DNA of 64,000 nt from Acidobacteriota bacterium (GTDB taxonomy: Bacteria > Acidobacteriota > UBA890 > WLXD01). This document shows, one piece after another, positions 38,748 to 49,248 of this stretch. Within the stretch, counting starts at the first letter, position 1; each line of letters opens with the position of its first letter. Under the pieces are notes generated by a model. The model was given only the letters and a program-made list of their open reading frames with translations, searched no databases and was not told the DNA's origin. The position numbers and the translations under genes were made by a program. Where the stretch lies: assembly GCA_965248695.1 (NCBI GenBank), contig CBDFKD010000002.1, positions 3,168,001 to 3,232,000 on the forward strand, written 5' to 3'.

Positions 38748-40532
38748 ATGCAACTCGCTCCGCTCGACCTGGCGATTGTGATCGCTTCCCTGGCGCTGTC
38801 GCTGTCCATCGGGGTGGCGGTAGCACGCCGAGCCGGCTCGAGCTCGGGCGAGTTCTTCCTGTCGGGGCGAAACATGCCGTGGTGGCTGCTCGGCGTGTCG
38901 ATGGTGGCGACGACGTTCTCCACCGACACACCCAATCTGGTTACCGACATCGTGCGCACCAACGGGGTCGCTGGCAACTGGGTGTGGTGGGCATTCTTGC
39001 TGACCGGCATGCTCACCACGTTCGTGTACGCGCGGCTATGGCGGCGCTCGGGTGTAGAAACCGACATCGCGTTCTACGAGATCCGCTACTCCGGCCGCGC
39101 GGCGGCCTTCCTGCGCGGGTTCCGGGCAATGTATCTCGGCGTGTTCTTCAACGTCATGATCATGGCCTCGGTGACGCTCGCTGCGATCAAGATCGGCGGC
39201 GTGATGCTGGGCCTCAGCCCCGCCAGCACGGTGTTGATCGCCGGGTCCGTGACCTTGGTCTACGCCATGCTGGGCGGCTTGACCGGCGTGATCCTCACCG
39301 ACTTCGTGCAGTTCGTCATGGCGCTCCTCGGGTCGTTCGCCGCCGCTTGGTACGCGCTGCAACGACCCGAGGTGGGAGGCCTCAGCGCCCTCCTTGCGCA
39401 CCCCGACGTGACCCCCAAGCTCGGGCTGGTGCCGGATTTCTCCGATCCCTCGTTGGCAGTCGGGATCTTCGTCGTACCGCTGGCGGTGCAGTGGTGGGCC
39501 ACCTGGTACCCGGGTGCCGAGCCCGGTGGCGGCGGCTACATCGCGCAGCGCATGTTGGCAGCCAAGGACGAAGCTCACGCGCAAGGGGCAACGCTGCTGT
39601 TCAACGTCGCCCACTACGCGCTGCGTCCGTGGCCCTGGATTCTGGTCGCGTTGGCCTCGATCGTCGTGTTCCCCGACCTCGATTCGCTGCGCGAAGCGTT
39701 CCCCGACGTCGATCCGAGCGTGGTGCGACACGATCTCGCGTATCCGGCGATGCTGACATTTCTGCCAACAGGGCTGCTGGGCCTCGTCGTCGCGTCGCTG
39801 GTAGCAGCGTACATGTCGACGATCTCGACGCATCTCAATTGGGGCGCCTCGTACATCGTCAACGACTGGTACCGGCGCTTCGTGCGACCGGATGCTTCCG
39901 AGCGGCGACTGGTGCTCGTCGGGCGTGTGTCGACTGCGGCTCTGATGATTGCCGCCTGCCTGGTCTCGCTGCTGCTGTCGAATGCGCTGCAGGCGTTCCA
40001 GATCCTGCTACAGATCGGTGCCGGTACTGGCCTGCTGTTCATCCTCCGATGGTTCTGGTGGCGGATCAGCGCCGCCAGCGAGCTGGCGGCGATGACGATC
40101 TCGTTCGCTGTGGCGGCCTGGTTCCAGTTCGCACACGAGGGCGTGTTCGGCGGCGTGCCCGATCCACATCAGCAGCTGCTGGCCGGCGTGGCCATCACCA
40201 CGGTCGGGTGGTTGCTGGTCACGGTGCTGACCGCGCCCACCGACGAGACAACGCTGCGCTCGTTCTATCGGCAGATCCGACCCGGCGGACGTGGTTGGGC
40301 CGCCGTCGTCGAACGCGCCGCAGCAGACGGCGAGTCGCTCGAGACGGTGGACACCGCGGCGGCTTCCTTCCCGACCGCCTTGAGCTGCATGCTGCTGGGG
40401 TCGGCGGCCGTCTACGCCACGCTGTTCTCGATCGGTTACCTGCTCTACGGCCGTCCCGGCCTCGCCCTCATGCTTGCCGTGCCGGCCGTGGGCGCCACCG
40501 TCGCCATCACGCGCCTGTGGCGGCGGCTCTAG
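38748..40532 (+). CDS. Sodium:solute symporter family protein
   Basis: FFLSGRNMPWW, SMVATTFSTDTP, AQRMLAAKDE and AAYMST motifs; about 14 TM segments. Confidence 0.92.
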   Translation: MQLAPLDLAIVIASLALSLSIGVAVARRAGSSSGEFFLSGRNMPWWLLGVSMVATTFSTDTPNLVTDIVRTNGVAGNWVWWAFLLTGMLTTFVYARLWRRSGVETDIAFYEIRYSGRAAAFLRGFRAMYLGVFFNVMIMASVTLAAIKIGGVMLGLSPASTVLIAGSVTLVYAMLGGLTGVILTDFVQFVMALLGSFAAAWYALQRPEVGGLSALLAHPDVTPKLGLVPDFSDPSLAVGIFVVPLAVQWWATWYPGAEPGGGGYIAQRMLAAKDEAHAQGATLLFNVAHYALRPWPWILVALASIVVFPDLDSLREAFPDVDPSVVRHDLAYPAMLTFLPTGLLGLVVASLVAAYMSTISTHLNWGASYIVNDWYRRFVRPDASERRLVLVGRVSTAALMIAACLVSLLLSNALQAFQILLQIGAGTGLLFILRWFWWRISAASELAAMTISFAVAAWFQFAHEGVFGGVPDPHQQLLAGVAITTVGWLLVTVLTAPTDETTLRSFYRQIRPGGRGWAAVVERAAADGESLETVDTAAASFPTALSCMLLGSAAVYATLFSIGYLLYGRPGLALMLAVPAVGATVAITRLWRRL

Positions 40533-40822
40533 GGAGGCCGCTGTCCGGAAGCATCGGGTGGAGCGTCGTGGCGGAACCGGCGACGGCGGCGCTAGACAGT
40601 TCCGCGCACCAGCGGTAAGGTCTGACCATCTCGACCCGTTCCATCTCACGGGGTCTTGCCAATGAGAACGCGCGTACCCGAGCACAGCCAACAACCGTAA
40701 CGCTGGCGAGCTGATCGCCTGCGCCCTTCATGCGGCGCCGGCGCCATCCACACATCGCCCGCGCTCTTCTACGGTCTGGTCGCGCCCGCTTCTCTACTAA
40801 CCCTCCTCGCCGGAGACTACCC

Positions 40823-42214
40823 GTGAGTTCTGCCTCTACCTTCTGGAACGACTTCAAGGACGCCGTTCGCGGCACCCAGCAGGACTATACCCAGGGTGCG
40901 GTCGGGCGCGCCGTGTTGTTGCTCGCCGTCCCTATGGTTCTGGAAACGGCGATGGAATCGTTGTTCGCCGTCGTCGACGTGTTCTTCGTCTCCAAGCTCG
41001 GGCCCTCGGCGGTCGCTACGGTGGCGCTCACCGAATCGATGATGACGATGGTCTTCACCGTCGCCATCGGCCTGTCGATCGCGGTGACGGCGATGGTGGC
41101 GCGGCGTATCGGCGAGCACGACCCCGACGCCGCGGCGCGCTCAACGGTGCAGGCGATCGGGCTCGGGTTGGCGGTTTCCGCCGCAATCGCCGTCGCCGGC
41201 GTGGCCCTGGCGCCACAGATGCTGTCGCTCATGGGCGCCTCCGAGGACGTCGTCGCCAACAGCAGCTACGCGCGCGTCATGCTCGGCGGCAACGTTACCG
41301 TGTTGCTCCTGTTCCTGATCAACGCCGCGTTCCGCGGTGCGGGCGACGCCGCCGTCGCCATGCGCGTGCTGTGGCTGGCCAACGGCATCAACATTTTCCT
41401 CGACCCGATGCTGATCTTCGGAATCGGCCCGTTCCCCTAGTTGGGTGTACTGGGAGCAGCGGTGGCAACGAACATCGGCCGCGGAACCGTCGTCGTGGCG
41501 CAGTTCTGGCTGCTCAGCCGACCTGGCGGGCGGCTGCAGATTCGTCGCGAGCACCTGCTGTTCCTGCCGGCACTGATGCTGCGCCTGCTGCGGCTCTCCG
41601 GTGCCGGCATGTTCCAGGTGTTCATCAGCATGGCGAGCTGGGTCGGCCTGATCCGCATTCTCGCCGGGTTCGGAGACGAGGTACTGGCGGGCTACGCGGT
41701 CGGCATTCGCCTCATTCTCTTTGCGCTGTTACCAAGCTGGGGCATGAGCAACGCCGCGGCCACGATGGTGGGACAGAGCTTGGGCGCCGGAAAACCCGAG
41801 CGCGCCGAAAAAGCCGTGTGGATAGCCGGCTTCTACAACCTCATCTTTCTGGGTGCGATCGGGGCCTTGTTCATCGTCTTCGCGCCGTTCATCGTCGCCC
41901 TGTTCACCGACCTGCCCGAGCCCCACCGCTGGGGCGTGCTGTGCCTGCGGATCGTCTCCGCCGGCTTCCTCTTCTACGCCTACGGCATGGTGCTCGAGAA
42001 TGCTTACAACGGCGCCGGCGACCCGTGGACGCCCACCTGGATCAACCTGTTCTGCTTCTGGATCTTCGAGTTGCCGTTCGCTTGGTTCGCAGCCCACACG
42101 CTCGGCTGGGGGCCCACCGGTGTGTTCGTCGCCATGGCGGTGTCGTTCTCGGCCATGGCGGTGATTGCGGCGTATTTCTTCCGCGGAGGCGGCTGGAAGC
42201 TGAAGAATGTCTAG
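40823..42214 (+). pseudogene. MATE efflux transporter with a single in-frame TAG at 41438-41440
   Basis: The two ORFs share one frame and join as [28 protein letters not shown], a conserved MATE segment. Confidence 0.85.
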
Positions 42215-43700
42215 CGTCGGGATCAGCGAGTTGCTCGACGCCTGCCTGCCTGCACCGCACGACCACCGCGCCGGTGGCGTCGAGCAGGCGCTGGCGATCC
42301 TGCAGCGTGACCCGGACGCCGCCCACGCCGACATCTGGACCGCATGCGCCTGTGGCGAGCTCGACACGGTTCGCTCGATGCTCGCCGACGCCCCCGACCT
42401 CGCCATCACCGCCGGCGGGCGCCGCGAATGGGTGCCGCTGCTGTATCTGAGCTTCTCCCGGTTTCTGCGCCTGGATCCGGCCCGCGCAGCCCGGATGGTC
42501 GAGATTGCCTCGCTGCTGCTGGCCAACGACGCCGACCCGAACGCCTACTGGATCGATGCGAACGAGGGTGCAGGGAATCGCGAGTCGGCGCTCTACGGCG
42601 CCGCCGGTGTCGCCAACAACGTCGAGCTGACCCGGCTGCTGATCGAGGCCGGTGCCGATCCGAACGATGGCGAGACCCCGTACCACATGGTCGAGCACGA
42701 GGCCGTGCCCTGCGCGCATCTGGTGTTCGCCCATCTGGACGAGACCAGTCGCAGCATCGCGCTCCTGCACAAGATCGACTATCCGGATCTCGGCGGGTTG
42801 CGCACGCTGCTGGAGCTGGGCGCCGATCCGAACGGGCGCTCGCCGTTCAAGAACTTCGGCCTGCATCAGGCAGTGTTCCGCGGTCATCCGAAACCGTTCT
42901 TCGACTTGCTCATCGAGCACGGCGCCGATCTCGACCGTCCCAACGGTGACGGCAAGACACCGTATGCGCTTGCCGCCCGTTCGGGGCGCAGCGAGATCAT
43001 GGAATGGCTCGCCGCGGCGGGAGCCGACACCCGGCTGGATCCGGTCGACGCGTTCCTCGCCGCCTGCGGAGCCGGCGAGACGGCGCGGGTGAGCGAGCTC
43101 CTCGAGACCGACCCGCAGCTGTTCAGCACGTTGAGCGACCACGACCGTGCCGAGATCTGCGAGGCAGCCGACGCGGGCAACACGGCGGCGGTACGAACGA
43201 TGCTCGACGTCGGTTGGGAGGTGAACACTCGCGGGCGCGTCTGGCACGAGACGGCGTTACACCGCGCCGCCATGCAGGGGCATCTGGAAACCGCCCGATT
43301 GCTGTACGAGCGCGGCAGCGATCTGACCATCCGTGATCGCTTCTATCAGAGCTCGGCGCTCGGCTGGGCGTTGCACGGTGAACACCTCGAGCTCGCTCGA
43401 CTGCTGGGCTCCGTTCCCGGACGACTCGACATCCGCGACACCGCGCAGTGCGGCTACGCGGAGCGCACCCTCGAGCTGCTGGGCTCCGGTGACCCCGACG
43501 CCGAGGTTGCAGGTGGCGATCCGGGCGTGTTGTTGCGCGCCGCCGCCGCCAGCGGCAACGTCGAGCTGGTGGGCGCGTTGCTGGAGCGCGGCGCGGATGC
43601 ATCGCTACGCAATCGCGACGGGCTCTCAGCAGTGCAGGTCGCCGAGGCGGCGGGCGAGGTCGAGGTCGTCCGACAGCTGCAGAGGGCGCCGCTTCCCTGA
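42207..43700 (+). CDS. Ankyrin repeat protein
   Basis: Repeats such as LLIEAGADPN, GKTPYALA, ETALHRAA and LLERGADAS. Confidence 0.88.
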   Translation: MSSVGISELLDACLPAPHDHRAGGVEQALAILQRDPDAAHADIWTACACGELDTVRSMLADAPDLAITAGGRREWVPLLYLSFSRFLRLDPARAARMVEIASLLLANDADPNAYWIDANEGAGNRESALYGAAGVANNVELTRLLIEAGADPNDGETPYHMVEHEAVPCAHLVFAHLDETSRSIALLHKIDYPDLGGLRTLLELGADPNGRSPFKNFGLHQAVFRGHPKPFFDLLIEHGADLDRPNGDGKTPYALAARSGRSEIMEWLAAAGADTRLDPVDAFLAACGAGETARVSELLETDPQLFSTLSDHDRAEICEAADAGNTAAVRTMLDVGWEVNTRGRVWHETALHRAAMQGHLETARLLYERGSDLTIRDRFYQSSALGWALHGEHLELARLLGSVPGRLDIRDTAQCGYAERTLELLGSGDPDAEVAGGDPGVLLRAAAASGNVELVGALLERGADASLRNRDGLSAVQVAEAAGEVEVVRQLQRAPLP

Positions 43701-43754
43701 CGGCCCGCCAGGCCGGGCCGGGCCGCTGAGACGAACCGCCATATACTGGGTACC

Positions 43755-45527
43755 GTGAGCCGCCGACGTAGCCAGGGCAATCCGACCACGCGCATTCCGT
43801 GGCCGGTCGTCGTCCTTGGGCTGGGCATGGTCGTCGCCCCCGGCTGGCCACAATCACCCGATACGAGCTCGGTCCGCTTCCGCGATGTGACCGAGGCAGC
43901 CGGTTTGGATTTCCCCTACGTCTACGGCGCCCCATCACGCCCATACGTAACCGATTCCGGCGGTTCCGGAGCCGCCTGGCTCGATTACGACACCGACGGC
44001 CGTGTCGACATCGCGATCGCCAATGGGCTCCCCGGACCCTCGGGACAACCGCACGCCGCGACGCGCGCCGCACTCGCCGGTACACCGCTGCGCGAGTCCT
44101 TGGCAGCGGATGGCAGCGCCGCACCCCACGCGCTGTTCAGAAACCTCGGCGGCCGCTTCGTCGATGTCGCCGCCGCTGCGGGACTCGACGATGCCGCGTG
44201 GGCCAACGCCGTGGTGGCGGCGGACGTCGACAACGACGGCTTCGACGACGTGTATATCACCGCGATCGGGCCGAATCGCCTGTACCGCAACAACGGTGAC
44301 GGCACGTTCACGGTGTGGTCTGCTGGGCTCGACGACCCGGGGTGGGGCACCGGTGCCGTCTTCACCGACTGGGACCTGGACGGCGACCTGGATCTGTACG
44401 CGGTTTGCTACGTCGATTTCGACGCCGGCTCGACGGCGACGCTGGGCGACGGTGTGTGCAACTACCTGGGCATCGAGGTGTTCTGTGGGCCCCGCGGACT
44501 GCTCGGCGAGCGCGATGTGATGCTCAGGAACGAAAATGCCGAGTTCATCGGAACGGCAGATTCAGCCGTCGACCCGGACCTCGGTTTCGGATTCGCGGCG
44601 CTTGCCGTCGATTGCGACGGCATCGCCCCAGCGGAGATCTACGTCGCCAACGACTCCAACATGAACCTGCTGTATCGCCTTGGCGGCGGCGGCGTCGAAG
44701 ACCTCTCGTTGTTCAGTGGCGCCGGCTTCAGCGGTGGCGGCCTGGAGCAGGCCGGCATGGGAGTGACCGCGTCGGACTTCGACGGGGACGGCGATTTCGA
44801 TCTCCTGGTATCCAACTTTCAGCACGATTACAACACCCTGTACGAGAACATCGGAGACTGCGCCTTCCGCGATGTCACCGCCGAGCGCGGCCTGGCGGCG
44901 GCAGCCTATCCGTACATGGGATGGGCTTCGCTGTTTGCCGACTTCGACGGCGATGGCGACGAGGATCTCTTTGTGGCCAACGGCCACCTGTATCCGCAAC
45001 TCGAGGGGCTCGATATGGAGCCCTTCGGACAGCGAGATTCGCTCTTTCTGAGCCGCCTACGCGAGACCGGAAGAGCGGATTTTGATCAGCTCGAGCCACC
45101 GACCGGAGTCGCCACGGACTCGGCTCTATCCTCTCGCAGCGCCGCGTTCGCCGACTTCGACAACGACGCCGATCTCGACCTCGTTGTGACCCACATCGAC
45201 CGGCCGCCTCGCCTGCTGGAGAACATCACCGCGGGATCGGCAGCGGCGTTGCGCATCACGCTCGTAGGCCGCCAGTCGAACCGCGATGCCCTCGGCGCCA
45301 CCGTGCGGGTACGCTCGGGCAAGGTCGAGCAATGGCGCGAGCTGCGACGCACGGACGGCTATCTAGGCAGCAACGACCCGCGGCTGCTGGTTTTTCTGCC
45401 GGGAGGAGTCGCCGACGAGGTCGAGGTGCGGTGGCCGGTCGGGGGAACCTGGCACGGACAGGCAATCGCGCCCGGCGACGTGGTCCTCGACGAGCAGCGG
45501 GGACTGATCGCGAGACGCGAGCGATGA
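43755..45527 (+). CDS. CRTAC1 family protein (FG-GAP repeats + ASPIC/UnbV)
   Basis: DYDTDG, DVDNDG, DFDGDG repeats; SNRDALGA.V; GYLGSND. Confidence 0.9.
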   Translation: MSRRRSQGNPTTRIPWPVVVLGLGMVVAPGWPQSPDTSSVRFRDVTEAAGLDFPYVYGAPSRPYVTDSGGSGAAWLDYDTDGRVDIAIANGLPGPSGQPHAATRAALAGTPLRESLAADGSAAPHALFRNLGGRFVDVAAAAGLDDAAWANAVVAADVDNDGFDDVYITAIGPNRLYRNNGDGTFTVWSAGLDDPGWGTGAVFTDWDLDGDLDLYAVCYVDFDAGSTATLGDGVCNYLGIEVFCGPRGLLGERDVMLRNENAEFIGTADSAVDPDLGFGFAALAVDCDGIAPAEIYVANDSNMNLLYRLGGGGVEDLSLFSGAGFSGGGLEQAGMGVTASDFDGDGDFDLLVSNFQHDYNTLYENIGDCAFRDVTAERGLAAAAYPYMGWASLFADFDGDGDEDLFVANGHLYPQLEGLDMEPFGQRDSLFLSRLRETGRADFDQLEPPTGVATDSALSSRSAAFADFDNDADLDLVVTHIDRPPRLLENITAGSAAALRITLVGRQSNRDALGATVRVRSGKVEQWRELRRTDGYLGSNDPRLLVFLPGGVADEVEVRWPVGGTWHGQAIAPGDVVLDEQRGLIARRER

Positions 45528-47005
45528 ATCACCTGGGGCCCCTTGTGCTCGCGATCGCGTTCGTCGGATGGCCGGCGCAGGACCGGGAGGCTCTGCTCCA
45601 GCGCGCCCAAGAGGCCGTTCAGGCGGGCGACTACACCACCGCGATCGAGATCTACGAAGCCGCGCTGGTCGTCGCCCCCGGAGACATGATGGCCCGCTTC
45701 GGGCGCGGTCAAGCTCATTTCCTCGCCGGAGACATCGAAGATGCGTTGCCAGATCTAGAAGCGGCACGCGACGCCAGCGGCGGCGGCGCCGTGCAGTACA
45801 TCCTCGGTCAAGCCTACCTGGAGCTCGAACGCTTCTCCGAAGCCGACATGGCGCTGGCGGCAGCAGCGCGTGAGCGGCCTGGATTCGGCCCTTTGATGAT
45901 GATGCGTGCCGATATCTGCTACCGCCTCGGGCGCATGGAGCGGGCCGAGAACCGCCTGCGCGAGGTCGCCCGCGTCGCACCCGAATGGGACGTCCCGCTG
46001 GCCCGGCTGGCGGAGCTGAGCCTCGCACGGGACGACGTCGAGGCCGCTGCCCGATGGCTCGAACGGGCCCTCACGGTGCAACCGAAGAACGTCGACACTG
46101 CCCTGCTTCTGGCAAGTACACGGGTCCGACTCGGCCGGCCCGATGAGGCGCTCGCCACGCTCGAGGAGGCAGTGCGCACGACCCCCGACTCGCTCTTCGC
46201 GCGCCTCGCCCTGGCCGAGCGTTACGACCGACTCGACCGCACCGCCGCGTTGCTGGGACAGGTCGACCAGATCCTGCAACGCTGGCCCGACGACCCGATC
46301 GCTCACATGCACCGCGCCCGACGGCAATTCCTCGCCGGCGAGCTCGGGACGGCGTTGGCCAGCGCCGACCGGGCGTTGGTCGGAGCCTCCGGGCCGGCGC
46401 CAGACTCCGACAGCACCGCTGCGAGACCAGGCCGCGGCGACCTGCTACCGCGCGTCATGAAGACCCGAGCCGAGCTCTTGAGTCGGCTCGAGCGTCGAGC
46501 CGAAGCCGTCGACGTCGCCACCGAGTTGGTGGGGCGGTTCCCTCGATACCCGGACGGGCACTTCGTCCTCGGCAACCTGCTGCTGGCTGGCGGCGACCCG
46601 GCGGGTCGGGACCATCTTCGGAAGTTCAAGCAGCTTTCCGATGCGCGGCTGCGCCGAACCGCCGGTGACACCTACCTTGCGGGTGGCGATCTCCAGCGCG
46701 CCGGATCCGAGTACGAAGGTGCCCTCGAGGCCGACGCGGACGATGTGGGGGCCTTGCTCGGGCTCGCCACCGTGCGCCGCAGAACCGCTGCGCCCGACCA
46801 GGCGCTGGAGCTTCTCGAGCACGCCCGACGCCTCAACCCCCCGCCGGTGTCATGGTACCGAGAACGCATACTGGCGCTCGACGGGGCTCGACGGCGTCAG
46901 CAGGCGCTGCGCGAATGGGAGACTGCCTCAGCGGTTCTCGGGACCGGCTTTGCGCCCGAGGTTTGGGGCGTGGTGCACGCCGGCGTCGCCGGTTGCGAGA
47001 GCTGA
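45524..47005 (+). CDS. Exported tetratricopeptide repeat protein
   Basis: Signal-like N-terminus and multiple TPR-pattern helices; ATGA overlap with the upstream gene. Confidence 0.85.
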   Translation: MNHLGPLVLAIAFVGWPAQDREALLQRAQEAVQAGDYTTAIEIYEAALVVAPGDMMARFGRGQAHFLAGDIEDALPDLEAARDASGGGAVQYILGQAYLELERFSEADMALAAAARERPGFGPLMMMRADICYRLGRMERAENRLREVARVAPEWDVPLARLAELSLARDDVEAAARWLERALTVQPKNVDTALLLASTRVRLGRPDEALATLEEAVRTTPDSLFARLALAERYDRLDRTAALLGQVDQILQRWPDDPIAHMHRARRQFLAGELGTALASADRALVGASGPAPDSDSTAARPGRGDLLPRVMKTRAELLSRLERRAEAVDVATELVGRFPRYPDGHFVLGNLLLAGGDPAGRDHLRKFKQLSDARLRRTAGDTYLAGGDLQRAGSEYEGALEADADDVGALLGLATVRRRTAAPDQALELLEHARRLNPPPVSWYRERILALDGARRRQQALREWETASAVLGTGFAPEVWGVVHAGVAGCES

Positions 47006-47043
47006 GGGCCCAACCCCGGAAGAGCCGTCGCAGCTGCGCGTGA

Positions 47044-49062
47044 TCACGCAGGGACGAATGTCGGCTCCCGGTCGCCCGCAGGCGCGAACATCCCCGGAGT
47101 GTAGGCAGTGATAACCCCCAGGAAAGCCGAGGCGGCCACCGTCAAGGGCGACGCCAGATAGAGACGCCCGGGACCTGATCGGCCCTTGTAGTTGCGGTTG
47201 ATCGCCGACACCGTGACCTGCTCCGCCGTCTCCGAGACCCCCGGACCGCAGCCGATGCAGGCGCCGCAGCCAGGCTCGATCGTCACGACGCCGGCACGCT
47301 CGAACGTCGCATCGTAGCCACGCGAGCGCGCGTACGCTTCGACCGCCTGCGATCCGAACTGAATGAAAAAGCGCACGCCGCGCGGCAGGCTCCGGCCGGC
47401 ATCCACCGCTTCCTTCACGACGCGGTGATAGAAGTCCAGATCGTGTTCCTTGCCGGCAGTGCACGATCCGCCGTAGGCGATGTCTATCGCCACGCGGCCG
47501 ATATCCGCTACCAACGCGCCGTTGGTCGGATCGGATGGAATACCGCGATCGGGGTCACCTGGATCCGCCACCATTGGCTCGATGCGACTCAAGTCGATGG
47601 TGTGTACTCCCGCCGCATACGCGGCGCCGGGGTCGGGATCGATCTGTCGAGACCGGAGCGATTCGAGATCGGCTCCAGGGCGGAATCGCGCCAGCCACTC
47701 GTACGTCTTGTCGTCGGCCTCGACGATGGCGCCGCGAGCCGAACACTCGGTGCCCATGTTGGTCAGCGTGGCGCGCTCGTCCATCGAGAGCGCCGCAACC
47801 CCTGGACCGGTGAACTCCATCACCCGGTTCAGGGTCTTCTCGCGCTTGGCGTAGTGCAGCAGGATGAACAGCATCACGTCCTTGGCGGTAACGGTTTCGC
47901 GTAGCTCGCCGATCAGCTCGAAGCAAATCGCCTCCGGCACCTCTACCAGCGTGAAGCCGTTGTAGACCAGGTTGGCGTATTCCGTGGCGCCGACACCCCA
48001 AGCGAGGGCGTTGTTGCAGCCACCCATGCAGGTATGGCTGTCGGTTGCCTGGATGAAGTCGCCCGGATCGACCATGCGCTCGCGCGCCACCTCGTGGCAG
48101 ATGCCCGGCGAGCTCCCCTCTTCATCGGCCAGGTAGCCGGCGACCTGGGAGTGTTGCTGGAACGTGCGCTGCATCTGCCGCATCTCGTTGACCTGCGGCA
48201 GGAACGGCTGCAGCTTCTCCACCTCGTCGGCGTACACCAGGTGATCCTCGAAGGCGGCGAAGCGACCGGGTCGCTCGAGCCGGTAGTCGGCGCCGTACTC
48301 CTGGGTGAGGAAATGGTGCACCTGCGCCGAGGTGAAGTCGTGTGAGTAGCCGCCGTCGACCTCCACCAGCACTGCGTCCCCGGGCTCGACGTAGCCGCCG
48401 TCGGTGCCCAGCAGATGCCCGGCAAGCACCTTCTCGGTCATGTTCATCGGCCGCTCGCGGGTGCCGTGTGCCGGTATGGTGACTTCCCCGGCCGCCAGGG
48501 CCTTGGCGAACGGGAACAAGCCCCCCTGGCGCACGATCAGGCGGGTTACCGGGTCGTAGCCCTCACAGAACTCCTCCAGCGGAACCGACTCGCCGCGCTG
48601 AAGCGCTCGGAGCACGTCGTAGCCGGCCATCAGCACGCCCTGGTTGATGTTGTTGCGGGCATGGATGGGGGCGAAGGAGTCGGCGATCGCGATGCGTATA
48701 CCGCTCCATTTCTCTGCCTGGACGGCCGTCTCGCGCGACGAGCCCACCCCCTTGCGGTACCCGGAGACGATGACCTCGAAGCCGCCCTCGCGCAGCGCGT
48801 CGCGCTCGAAGACCCGCTCGCCGTCGACGATGAGCCCGGCATATGCCTCGCGGGCGATGTCCTCGGGGCGGTAGTTGAAGCACACCCAGGCGGGCGTCAT
48901 CGCGTCGGTGTTGATGTCGTCGAGCAGATCGTCCGGTAGGCAGAGATCATCGAAATGGAGATCGAGATCGCCCGCCAGCTGCCTGCGAATCAGCTCGGCG
49001 TCCTTGGTAAGAAAGAGGACGCGCTTGCCGGGCGACAGCCGGACGCTGTCTGGAGGCCGCAT
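47044..49062 (-). CDS. Aconitase-family dehydratase, swivel (LeuD-like) domain fused N-terminal to the large (LeuC-like) domain
   Basis: N-terminal GSSRETA...SFAPIHARNNINQG; then TDSHTC, GGSCTAG, PGCGACIG, NRNYKGRSG and YLASP. Confidence 0.88.
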   Translation of the reverse strand: MRPPDSVRLSPGKRVLFLTKDAELIRRQLAGDLDLHFDDLCLPDDLLDDINTDAMTPAWVCFNYRPEDIAREAYAGLIVDGERVFERDALREGGFEVIVSGYRKGVGSSRETAVQAEKWSGIRIAIADSFAPIHARNNINQGVLMAGYDVLRALQRGESVPLEEFCEGYDPVTRLIVRQGGLFPFAKALAAGEVTIPAHGTRERPMNMTEKVLAGHLLGTDGGYVEPGDAVLVEVDGGYSHDFTSAQVHHFLTQEYGADYRLERPGRFAAFEDHLVYADEVEKLQPFLPQVNEMRQMQRTFQQHSQVAGYLADEEGSSPGICHEVARERMVDPGDFIQATDSHTCMGGCNNALAWGVGATEYANLVYNGFTLVEVPEAICFELIGELRETVTAKDVMLFILLHYAKREKTLNRVMEFTGPGVAALSMDERATLTNMGTECSARGAIVEADDKTYEWLARFRPGADLESLRSRQIDPDPGAAYAAGVHTIDLSRIEPMVADPGDPDRGIPSDPTNGALVADIGRVAIDIAYGGSCTAGKEHDLDFYHRVVKEAVDAGRSLPRGVRFFIQFGSQAVEAYARSRGYDATFERAGVVTIEPGCGACIGCGPGVSETAEQVTVSAINRNYKGRSGPGRLYLASPLTVAASAFLGVITAYTPGMFAPAGDREPTFVPA

Positions 49063-49084
49063 GCGGTCATTATATTCTTGGCCC

Positions 49085-49162
49085 ATGAGCCAGTCTCGCG
49101 CCCAGCAGATCGACCACGTCGAGCTCTACGTGCCCGACCGAGTTCGCGCGCTACGGCGCTGA
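49085..49162 (+). pseudogene. N-terminal stub of a VOC/glyoxalase family gene
   Basis: MSQSRAQQIDHVELYVPDRVRALRR*; IDHVELxVPD is the first strand motif of VOC proteins. Confidence 0.5.
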
Positions 49163-49177
49163 GGGCGCTAGAACAAG

Positions 49178-49215
49178 GAAGGCCGGCCGGTGAAGTGCAT
49201 CACCGGCCGGCCTTC
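49178..49215 (-). terminator. Intrinsic terminator-like hairpin after the TonB receptor gene
   Basis: 16-bp perfect stem GAAGGCCGGCCGGTGA/TCACCGGCCGGCCTTC, 6-nt loop, pyrimidine tail on the minus strand. Confidence 0.7.
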
Positions 49216-49248
49216 ATGACGTGGTTGCGAACTGCTACCGCGCGTGAG

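Noticed and set aside
41438-41440. Pyrrolysine or genome-wide amber recoding
   Set aside because: TAG serves as a normal stop for many genes here (CMD, amidase, GerMN, rdgB, both ADOPs), and no pyl genes are in the window.
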